The position numbers and the translations under genes are program-made. From Raillietiella orientalis (taxonomy: Eukaryota), in the NCBI GenBank assembly GCA_036172245.1, contig JAYWIR010000002.1, positions 2,976,001 to 3,040,000 of the forward strand: 64,000 nucleotides of DNA. Direction: 5' to 3'. The notes beneath the pieces are model-generated. The model saw nothing but the letters and a program-made list of their open reading frames with translations, searched no databases and was not told the origin of the DNA. The stretch's first letter is position 1, and each line of letters opens with the position of its first letter. Below are positions 1 through 10,900 of the stretch, one piece after another.

Positions 1-220
1 AACGGTCCACAGCGAAGAGGAGGAAGAAGAAGAGGATTGTCGACAAGCACTGGATGGTGACATCTGTTGATGATCCCGAGAACAATAATACTCCTTCCTT
101 TCTTTCCTTTTCATTGTTTGCGAAAACAAAAAAAAAATCGGGAAAGCGCAAAGAAAATTCGGGAAGCTTCCCGACTCTCTCTCTCTCTCTCGGATTTTTC
201 AGATCATTCGAAGCGACTGC

Positions 221-223
<3 letters not shown>

Positions 224-258
<35 letters not shown>

Positions 259-259
259 A
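224..259. repeat. Poly(T) tract (about 28 nt) abutting an A run
   Basis: Directly visible in the sequence. Confidence 0.9.
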
Positions 260-3200
260 TGCAAAATCAAAATCAAAAATTGGTATTAAGGAGCATCGAG
301 CTTCATTGGTACCGTTGCCGAGCTTCAGCGCCTTGATGGCATTCACGTCTTGATGCAAGGTTGCCACACTCGAAAAATGGGGAAAACGAAAAGCAACAAT
401 AAGAAAAAAAAAAAAAAAAAAGCAATCACGGTAAACCTACAAGGATGCCAGTTCTGTGATGAGTGTATCTGCAGAGGTGCGTTGCACCGCAGCTAGATGA
501 GCTGGGAGTGCTAGGAGAGAGAGAAAGAAGAAAAAGGAGAGACAGAAGAGCCCCCCCCCAAAAAAATACCATTTGCTGCCTCCTAGAAGACGACAAATAA
601 ACAATACGTGTTTCCGGCCGTATATCTCATTACGCCCAGACGCACATACAAAGGAATTTTCCATCTGTGAAAGAAAAAGAAAAAGAAAATGAGAATTTAT
701 TAAAGCATATTGCCATGGCAATAATCTTCTTCCTCTTTTTTTCATTCCGGAGTATTTAATTTATGGAGCTTTGGGATAACACCCAATAGATCATTACATT
801 AATAAAATAAGAGTGCGCAACACGAGAACGTGTGTACGCATCCTGAATGGAAATCAAGAAATGCTATTTGTTTCCGCCAATCTTATTTATCTGTATACAA
901 GCTGACAAAGTAACGTATTGTGGATTCCACTTCTTGCAGCTCGGATCACCGAGACTGAATGACAATGCTGAGCGATTCCTTCATATTTTTCCTCTCCACT
1001 TTTTCCCTCTTCTTAGCTGCTTTATTGCAGAGTTTTTTTTTTTCTTTGAGCGTTTCTGTGAGAACCCGTAGAGACGCTGGAGCTGTCACTGTGATACGTC
1101 TGCGATTAGTTACATCAGACAAAACCGTCGATATCAACTGCTGAAGAGTAATTCTTCCGGTTTGGACGGTGGTGATCCAACATCGGATTATAAAGGGGCG
1201 GAAAAGGTTGCGATCCCACAGCCAAAGTGCAGGCAGGGCGGGCGGGTGGGGGGTGCTCCCGAGATCTTTGCAAAGCATGGCTATCTGAGGCACGCCAGAA
1301 AAGGTGAAGCCCCTGCTTTTAGTTAGCCATTAGTTAACCGCAGCTGACCTGCTTGCAGCGTGAGAAAGGAAGACGACAGAGCACGCTGGGATGGCATGCG
1401 CCATGCCTTCCTTACCAATATCACGTCGACGGTCGCTGATTGGACGGTCTTCATTGATAAAGCAGCAGCAGACACATTAATTTGTATTTTAAATTTTCGA
1501 ATCAACGCAAGGAGTACCCAAGGCTTGGTACGACATTCGAAAGTTGCTCGCCCACGCTAAAATTCCCTCTAGCATTCGAAATTAGGGGAAAGGATCTCTT
1601 GTGCGTGCGTCCGTGCATGCGTGCGCGTGTATGTGTGTGTGTTTGCTTTCCTTCCTCGTGTGGCTACGGAGAAAGAAGGAAACCCTCCCTGACGGACGTA
1701 AAGAACTTCCGCAGACGACGGTTTGTTGGCTGGCTGCCCCCCCCCCCCCCCTCCCTTCCATCCCCCCGCGCAGCCTATTCTCTTGGCTGCTTGTTCATTC
1801 ATTTGCCAAATGGCTCGTGGTCCGGGAGCGCTCCCGACGCCCGAGCAAGCTGCAAGCGGTGCGGGCGATGTTCTTTTGAGCGCGGGATTTTAAAGCAACG
1901 ATTAGACGAAGTCCCGCAGATGGTGGCGCTGGCGACATGGAAACCAGCTAATTAAGTTTCAAACTATTCGGGAGATCGTGTTTCGAGGCGCGGTACTTGG
2001 AAACTTTGGCAAAGTTTTCCTCTGCTTCTCCAAAGAGCGAACCAACTTTTAATTTGCCAGTGAAAGGTGAAGGAGTGACGGGAAGGCATTTGACAAAATT
2101 TACGCGAAACGCGCGAGGAGTGGAGAGCGGCGGCAGAGGCGCTGCTCCTCTTCTCCCCTCCCCCCCCCTTTCCCCTCCCCCTCGCGCCGCGCGAAACGCG
2201 AGCGAGACGAAGCGGCTGAGGGTCCCTGCGTTTCGCCGGCAGAGGTTACGCGTATAAATAGGTCCCCCCCCCCCACCCCCACCCGGACGAGCATCGCGTC
2301 GGCTCCAACAACGCGACCAAGGAGCTGAAGGCGCGCGCATTGAGCCGTGCAGAGATTGCACGCGCTCCAGAGGCCTCGGATGCCGAGTGCCTATTTATAG
2401 ACTACTAGAAGTTTCGATTAGTTGATCTTTTTCCAGGGAAGAAGGAGATGCTTAATGACGACCTCAATTCACGATGGTTTCCAAAAGGAGAGGAAGAGGA
2501 CACCGGGAGATGGAAGGAAGAAAGGAACCCCCTGCTCCACATTCACTAGCAGTTACCTTGAAACGGTGGGCGCCCAGTCCTCCCTCCCCTCCCATCCTCC
2601 TTTTTCCTAGGACCCGACAGAAGGAAAGAAGTCAATAAAAAGGATCCCTCCCCCCTTCTTCCTTGAGTGGATCACGTAAGTGGTAGTGGAAGTGCAGGAC
2701 ATCTATCTGCCTCTATACTTTCGCCGTAACGGAGCGGTCGTCCTGGAGACCCTCGTCAGCACGTGCTCGGGGCGCTGCAGCCTCGGGTCGTCAGCTTCCC
2801 TCTGTGACGAATACTGCCGCACCACCCGCGCCTTCAGCGCGCGAGTATTCGCTGAAGGCGGGAGGGGGGAGGGGACAGAAGCCGCGCCGAAGCCGGCTCC
2901 GAGGTCTCCAGCTTCCCAGGAGAAGCGTCCGTCACCCAGGAGAACGAAGCGGCCTTCGCCGAACTTGCTGCCACTCCGGACCGAGTCGTCTTCTTGCGGC
3001 GCCCGGACGGACGCCGGACTTTCCGTCCTCCGTTTCCCTGGAAACGGGCGCGTCGCAAGGGACGGGGAGGGGGAGAGGGGAAGGGGCACGACCTCTGGGG
3101 CCGTTGCCGCCCGTCACGTCGCTCCCGGACGACGGAGCAACGGAAACAGCGGGTGAACCCAGGGAGAGGGGGGTTTCCACTTGCCCGGAAGGCGTTTCCC

Positions 3201-3799
3201 CAGATGTGCGCAGGACGCGCGTTCGCATGCACGCAGGCAGGAATGGCATCCGCCCGCCTGGAAGCGTCGCGGCTTTCCGGGAGTCCGCCGTAGAGCACGC
3301 GAGGAAGGGAAGGGTTCGCGACAGCACAAACCGCATGGATCGTGCGCGTCGCCGTGGAAACCGGGAGCAGGCTGGCGCGTGGATGAGGACGGGGAATGTC
3401 CAGACTACCGAGAGCTCGGGCAGCGCGAAGTTGGCCCGGTGCGCGTCGCATCCGGGATTACGGGAGGCGGCGGATGACCTAGAGCGGAGGGGGTGAGGGA
3501 GAGAAAGGATGCGTCGAAGAAGAAGCTGGGGAGTAGCCTCGTAAGAAACGCGCGGAACGCCAGCTCCTGAGCACCGCCGTCTCCTGGGAAACGCTTGCGT
3601 GCTGTCGCCCCGCCACGCCCTCGCGTAGAAGGCGAGACGCGCCAGCATCGGGACTGTTTTTCCTCCCTACCTCGCGCCCCGGCCACCATGCCCGGGCTGC
3701 TGCGGGGCGTCGTTCTTCCTAGACGCCGTCCCTCGCGCGCAGTCCTCAAGACGTGGCCGACTGGTACTGAGAGTGTACAGGGAAACTCTGGCGCACCTG

Positions 3800-5640
3800 A
3801 CGCACGATTGTCCCGGTAGGCCTGCGATGTCAGCATACGTGGACGACCTTCTGCTGCTGCTTCCCATGTCCACCCCGACTTCGGCAGTCGAGGGCTTCGA
3901 CCTGCTGAGCCACGGGACGGGACTACGGGTGAACCGGGCGAAGTAGTTCATGATGCCAGTTGGTGAGGCGTGGGCAGGGCAGCAGGACTGGGTCTGCTTG
4001 GGGATCCCTACGGTGAGGTACTTCAAGTACCTCGGGATGCCGTTGGGGGACTATCCTCCGGCGGAGGCGTGGTCCCACTGCCTCCAAAAAGTAGAGACGT
4101 CGATCGGCCCGTTCCAAGGCAGCAGCTTTTTCCTGAAGGAACGGGGCCGCGGTTTGGAACGCGTTCGTGTCTCCTCTCCTCCGTCCCCTGCTTTTTGTCT
4201 GCAACCCCACAGAGAGGATCAAAAAGCGAACGAAGGACCTCCTCCGTATCGCCCTTTGGGGCAATGGGAGGGCCCGAGTCCGCTTGAAGGACTTTTGCGC
4301 TCCGCGTCGGGACGGCGGTCTCTGCATCCCGTTGGAGCGGCTGGAGCTTCAGCTCCACTTCCGTATGATGGCCGTTGTGCTTAGTTGTGGTGCACCTGCT
4401 GGTGCCGTCCCTGTGCGCCTCCTCGTCATGCAAGCCACCGGAAAGACAAGACTCACTTCTTTTCTTGCACTCCATTGCCGCCGCATCAATCGATGCGGAC
4501 TCCAGCTACAGAGGGTGGCTGCAATGACACGGAAACACCATGGATGGATCACCTGTCGCCCCGCGAACGGTAGTGCCTGGTTGCAAGAAACCGTTCGCAC
4601 GTGGGAACAAAGCGACATGCAACGCGCCGTACAGGAACCACCAAGCCGGTTCCTGTTCGGGCACTACAGAAGTTGCACGCTCCGAGAGATCCTGGAGGAT
4701 CCGAATAAGAGTGCGTAGGCAGGAAGAACTCCCCTCGCTGCTGCGCTGCCTTTCCTGAGGGAAGATCGGGACAGCGATGTTGCGGCGAAATGGGAGGTTA
4801 CAATCAAAATCTCCGGAAGGGAGAGAAAGACAGGAGAGTGGAAGACGGGCCAGCTTACTGGTGCTGCGACCCCGAGTACGCCTCCCCATGGACTTCTGCG
4901 CTGTGGCGCGCTGCTCGATGTTCCCATTGAACATCTGAAGTGGCCCCCGGTGCTCATGAACACTTCCACCCTCCCCTTAAAATGGCAGGAGTCGGCTCTA
5001 CTGTTGCAGCACTGGGGACTCCCGTGCAACACCCGCCGACACCATTGGACCCGGGGAGCGGTGAACCCCAATTGTGTTAGGTGTGGGGAACGGAAGTCCC
5101 TCCTCCACTTCCATGTGGATTGTGCTGCCCTTTGGCCCCTTTGGCTACGCTTTGCCGCGCCCATCGGAATCCCCTGTTGCAACCCCAGGGACGCCTTAAA
5201 AGCCCTCTTCGTTTCCGACGCCTTTAGACCTGCGGCCTCGTTAGCAGCCCTGTGCTGCCTTAGCGGGATCGTCGCTGCTTGGAGGAAGGCAACGGGAGGA
5301 CCTCGCGATAAGGATGCCATCCAGCGCGCCGCCGAATTTTCGGAGAGGGCGACCATGATCGCCCCACCTGGATCCAGCAATTCAGAGAGAGCCTGCCGAC
5401 ATCCTGCGAAGGATGCAACGGCCCCAGCAGCAACAGTGATCCCTTCCCGCAACCTCCCACGTTTTCTTTTGTTTTTGTTTATTTTTTTTTGTTTGCCCCC
5501 CCTTCCCCCTGCTGCCGTGATGAACCGTACCGGTCTGTGAACCGGTGACCCGGCAAGTTCTGTGGCACCTCCGAGTGCGGCTGGATCACTGTTCCAGCCA
5601 CAGCGCGTGTCAAAAGTTTGTTTTTCTAAATAAACGCCCC
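3800..5640 (+). mobile_element. Degenerate 5'-truncated non-LTR retrotransposon (L1/Tx1-like ORF2 remnant: RT C-terminal half and CCHC zinc finger)
   Basis: SAYVDD (YVDD at 3836-3847, YADD-type motif), GLRVNRAK, in-frame TAG 3944-3946, FKYLGMPL; after a frameshift LWG...RVRLKDFCAPRRDGGLCIP; then CVRCGERKSLLHFHVDC (5073-5123). T-rich 3' region and AATAAA at 5629-5634. Boundaries approximate; no target-site duplication found. Confidence 0.85.
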
Positions 5641-6505
5641 GGCGAAAACCGGGTGAAAATCGAGACGTGGACGACGAGCGCTTCCCTGGGGTGGGCGGGT
5701 GGTGCTCGCCCGAAGCAAAGCGAAGTCGAGGCGCTGCGCCGTCCGTTTCCTCCTCACCGCTGCGCCCTGGAGCGAGTGCGGGGGACCAAGGAGGAGTACG
5801 TCCATCCCCAAAGGCGACTGCCGGAGACCCCGTTCCGGAACGGGTCCGTGGAAAGGCAAAGGTCCCGAGGCACTGCTGCAAACGGGTGCCCAGGGCAGCT
5901 GCGCACGTGTGCTCGGGGTTTCCAAGCAGGGGACGAGATGCCCCCCACGCGGTCGGCCGCGCATAAGAGTCCCCGGGATGCAAGTGGTGGCCACAGCGGT
6001 CCGAACGCTTCTTCTTCTCCTCCACCTCGCTACGAGGGCGGCGCTGGAAACGGAAAAAAAAGGGAAAACGCCCGCACCATGCGTGACCACGGCACAGAAC
6101 AGGGTGGAGGGGGGAGAGGGAGATGCGCCCATTCTCGAGAGGAACCGTGGTTTCCCGCGCGAAAAGTGGGTGGGGCGGTGGAAGTCCAGCGCCCCCCCTC
6201 CCCTCTCTTGCAAGGGTGGGTGGATGTGCAGCCTCCTGTCGAAGCAGGATTCGGTAGAAAGACCACTGCCGCCGCCCTCGTGTCCTCGGGGAGGGTCCAG
6301 GACTGGCCGAGCATCTCGGAGGTGGGTCAAGTGGGGAAGCGCTGGCGTGGCCAGAGACCTAGGTCAACTCGGCGTTGCGCCAGGCAGGGGCGGGGGCAGA
6401 GGAGGGGGAATTGGCAAGGTCAGGGGGACGCCGCCGCCGCGACTGCCTCGGGAGGTCTCCGAGGTCAGCGGAAAGTAAAGATGACCCGTTTCTGTAAAAA
6501 TAGAC

Positions 6506-6511
6506 TTTAAT
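6506..6511 (-). promoter_or_regulatory. Candidate teneurin polyadenylation signal (ATTAAA)
   Basis: ATTAAA on the minus strand about 400 nt after the stop, in an AT-rich pocket followed by U-rich sequence. Confidence 0.35.
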
Positions 6512-6915
6512 TAAGGGTTTTTGCTCTTTGGTGTTTCTGTCTCTCCCCGGAAGTGGCGGCCGAGCCGGAAGTGCGTATCACGGAGGCTTCCTCGGCCGGG
6601 AGGAGTCCCTGGGAGGGGAGAGGGGTCGCTCGCTCGCTCGCGGGGATGGGGAGGAAGGAAAAGACGCGGTCCAGAGAGGGAACGGACACGGGTTGGGAGG
6701 GAGATGAGAGGCGGGGAGGCAGCCGACGCGCGCTTACTGCTGGGAGGAAGGTGGGGGAAGGGGGCAAAGGGGCGGCAGCAGCAGCAGCAGAGCTTCCTGG
6801 TGGGCCGTCTCAGCTGTCCGCGCCTGTGCGCGCGTCCCTGCCGGCAGCCGTTGCTTGCCGCTTCCGCGCCTGTCTTGCGGGAAAGTTCGCCTGCGGGCGT
6901 TTCCGGCCCGCAGAG

Positions 6916-7958
6916 CTACTCCCAGCGACCAGCACAGGCGGAGCAGGCCGGGCCCATGAAGGACCGCAAGCTGGGGCGGAGGCACAAGTCTGCGAGGAAG
7001 GCGTGGCGGCGGCGGCGGCGGCGGCGCTGCTGACGGTGGTGCTCACCGCTCCTCTTGCGGAGGATCCTGGAAGTCGCGTTCTTCCTGCGGAATTCCACGT
7101 TGAGGACATCGTCAGCGAGCTCCGGGTAGCGTCCGACATCCTGGCGGTACTCCGCCTCGAACCGGGACGCGTAGCCCAGCCTGAGGATCTCCTCAGCATC
7201 CTCCTTGGACCAGCTGGCGGTTCCCGGATGACCGGCGCTCAGAAGCTGCCTCTCCCTGGTCCAGGCGATCTTGACCACCTGCCTGCGGGCGTGCTTGAGC
7301 ACGCGGTGCTTCTCGTGCTCGTAGGTGGTGCCGTAGCGGATGTGGAGCAGCAGGTTGGAGCAGTGGATCCGGAGGTCCATGTGCTTCTCCCTGCCCTCGT
7401 GGTCGCTGGTCGTTACATTGACCAATCCACCCAGCCTCTTCAGCTGCGCGACGTCGTCGTTCAGCTTCCGCAGCGTGTCCTTGGCGAAGTAGAAGACCAC
7501 GTGCGTGTGCGCCAGGGAGTGAACGTCCAGGAAGTGGGACTGGTTGAGTACGCTGGTGAAGACGTCCCTGTAGATGGGGTTGGCATTGGGAGCGCTCGAC
7601 ACGACGGCCATGCCGTCCACCCGGGACACGATGACGCCGTCCCCCAGGGGCAGGCCGATCCGGCTCACCGGCCTGGCGAAGGCCACGACGTCGGGGGAGC
7701 TCCTCATGATGGAGGACGACACCGAGGGGACGGACGCGGGGGAAAACTTGCTCTGGGAGATGCGGGAGAGCATGGCAGAGGCGGTGCGCACAGCGGAGTC
7801 CCGGCGCGGGGGCGGGCGGGCGGGAAGCGCGTCCTGCCACTTCACCTTCACGTGGTGCTCAAAGAAGCTGCGGGGAGTCGCCGCAGGTCCGCTGCCGGCG
7901 GGACGGAAGAGTGCCAGGTCCACGTCGTAGCCCAGCCTCCGCAGCCACTCCGTGTGAT
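6916..7958 (-). CDS. Ten-a: Teneurin terminal exon: linker, ABD-like region, degenerate Tox-GHH/TCAP region, basic tail
   Basis: Acceptor ctctttccAG at 7960-7959. Reads (D)[12 protein letters not shown]...[36 protein letters not shown]...[13 protein letters not shown]...[16 protein letters not shown]; stop TAG at 6918-6916. Confidence 0.93.
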
Positions 7959-10900
7959 CTGGAAAGAGGTCCGGAGGTCAGGCAAGGAGGGAGACGCGAA
8001 AGGGCACGTGCGCTCCGGGGTGAAGGCAGGCTGTGGTCGTCGCGGAGCCGCCTTCGTGTGCCCTCGAGCGCAAGCATTCATTCCCGCGATGTCGTCTGCG
8101 GAGAGGGGGGAGGGGGAGTTGTCTCTTTCCTTCTTCCTGCGTCGCGACGACTCCACGACACCCCCTTTTTCTTAAGTAGGTCCGGAGGAAAGACAGAGGG
8201 GAGAGGGGCGCCAACGTGTCCTCCTCCTTCCTTTGTCCTTCTCTAGCAGCCTCCCTCGGGAGGAACGCCCTCTAGTGCATTTCCGCGATTGCGTCAGGGG
8301 CAGGCGAGGGGGGGGGAGGTGGAGGAAAGAAGACCTTGCCCTCCCTTCCGAATCTGCTAAAAACGGAGACTGCCGCCCACCCAGCATGTTCTCAGAACCC
8401 TGAGGGAGGCATAAGAGAGAAGATTTCTTCCCCTCCCCCCTTCTGTCCCTCTCATCCTGGAGGCATGTAGGCCGTAGGGAGGAAGAGTGTCGGTTCTTAC
8501 CGGTAGGCGGTCGGCGGTCCTGCACCGTGTTAATAGGGTCGTTGCCGTTGAAACGGTAGAGATGGAACTTGGTTAGGTCGCTCGTGGACAGGACGTCCTC
8601 CCATCTCGGGGTCATCCAGTGCCCCACGAGGGGGTCGTAGAGCCTGCCCCCCTCGAGGAACACGAGCATGGTCTGGGGGTCTAGGATGCCCCCGCAGAAG
8701 TCCACCGGGTTGAAGAAGTGGGGATTGGAGTCGTAGACGATGTGCCCGTAGGGACTGCGCACGGTCTCGCGGACGGCCTCGCCGCGCTGATCGAAGACGA
8801 TGAGAGGCGTGCCGCACTGGTCCGCGGCGACGTAGTACTTCTGACCCCCGCTGGAGCCGATGGCGACCAGGCGTCCATCCTCGTCGTAGAGGAAGTGCGA
8901 CAGCTCGCCGCTGCGAGGGCTGTAGGCGTGCGTCAGCTGGTGCGGGCGCTCCAGGTCGGCATAGAAGAACTGCGTGACGTTCTCCTGGGAGTCCTTCCTG
9001 GCGATCAGCCGGCCGCGATAGTCGTAGAAGTAGCGGACGTCGAAGCGGTTCCTCTTGGAGGCGCGCGCCAGCATACCGCGGGCGTCGTACAGAAAGTGCT
9101 CCTCCCTGGCGTTCTCCACGACGAAGCCGCGGGCGTCGTAGCGGTACTCGCCCTCCCCGAAGCGGACGATCCTGTCTTCAATGCTGTACTCCATGGGGAT
9201 GACGTTGCCGCGGTAGGACAGCGACTGGAGGTTGCCGTTGTCGTCGTAGGCGAAGTGCCATGGCTCCTGGGCGTCCACATGGACGAGCTGTCCGTCCGCG
9301 TCGTACGTATAGTTCTTGGCGTTCATGTACGAACTGACGCCGGCATTCCTCGTTGCGATTCTGGTCCGGGAGATGCGGCCGCTGCGGTCGTAGGCCAGGT
9401 CCAGGCGGTAGATTTCCGTGCCCTGGAGGGACAGGGACAGGCGGCTGACGCGGAAGTGGTCGTCGAGGAAGCGTGAGAAGATGGCGCGGCCGTCGAAGAG
9501 CGTGGTGTGGTTCGGTGCCACGCGGGTCACCCGGAACGGGCCGGCCCTCTCCGAGAAGCCGCTATGGGGGTCGCGGGAGCGGAAGTGCTCCTCCAGCTCC
9601 ACTCCCGCGATGCGCACGCGCACGCTCGCGATGCGGAAGCGATCGTCGTACCGGTAGACGAAGCGCGCGTTGGACAGCCCGCTGCGCGGGTGGTGCTCCA
9701 CGCGGCCCTCGGACACGAGGACGCCATCCGGCTTGAAAACGTAGCTGAAGTCTAGGTGGGCACCGGTGTGGTGCACCGATCGCAACACCGACCTGGAGTA
9801 CGCGAAGCGGATCAGCGACTCCCCGTGGACGATCTCGGAGAGGTCGCCCGAGGGGTTGTACCGGTACAGAACCTTCCCCGTGTTCCCCGGGTACACGGTC
9901 TGCAGCAACTTCCCCTGCTGGTCGTAATACTGCACATAGGCCTTCGAGTGCCCCGGGGGCGTGTAGGAGTACTTGAAGAACCCAAGGACCAGCTCGTCGC
10001 GGAACTGGTGCATGCCGCCTCGGGGCGTCGTCAAGAACCGCAGTCCCCCGGCGCGGTCATAGGAGAAAGAGAAGACCCGCCCGCTGGGCACCACGATCTC
10101 CGAAGGCCACTCCTCGGGGGTGTAGCTGATCTTCAGCACTCCGTCGTTGGGGTACTTGACCCCGGCCAGGAATCCCTGACGAGTGTACGTGTAGTTTTCG
10201 ACGACGTCGCCCCAGGACCAGCTGATCAGCCGCCCAAACCGGTCATAGCTCATCTTCACGGGGGCGCTGCTGCCGGACGGGTGCCAGTTGATAGGGAAGC
10301 CAGGAGGCCCGTAGTCGACCGTCAGGATGACCTCCTTCTCGTGATTGTAGATGGTCTCTCGGGACGCCGCCTGGTCGTACTCCGAGGAAAGCACCAGGCT
10401 GTCGTTGCTCTGGGGGTAAGGCCGCCCGTGACGAGGGTCCGCGGTCTCTCCCTCCCTCCTGGGACTCACCCACAGCTCCCTCCGCACCAGCCTCTCACCG
10501 CCACGCAGGCCGCGCTCGAAGGCCGCTTTCCACTTGACGTGGCTGGATAGATCCGGAAGGACCGACAGCGTCTGCTCCGTCGGCGGTCGGGAGATGTCTG
10601 CCCCGGCAGGGAAGCTCGGCTCCAGGAACCGGGACGCGTCCGAGCTTGACCCCTTGAGGGACGCTCGAAAGTTGGTGGTTACGGCGAAGGAGCCGTTGAG
10701 GGTCGTCGACGAGTTGCTCACCACGTCACCTAGGGCGGCGGAGGAATCAGCTGACGAAAATGGGCCGAGGGAAGGATGAGGAGGAGAAAGGGAGGAAACA
10801 GGTCCGACTCGGCGGCCTTCCGATGGAGGACGCCGCCGTCAAAGTCGGCAGGAGCGTTAACCCGGGGCCGGAAGGCGGCGACAAGAACCGTCCCCCAGTA

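Noticed and set aside
2680..3500. Possible exons of a second gene (coding-like patches, e.g. VQDIYLPLYFRRNG...)
   Set aside because: No recognisable family, and I could not build a consistent splice model. A BLASTx search would decide.
8172..10724. 850-aa ORF as a stand-alone bacterial Rhs/YD toxin or recent horizontal transfer
   Set aside because: It is bounded by splice sites that join in phase to teneurin exons. The portion 8172-8500 is intron read-through.
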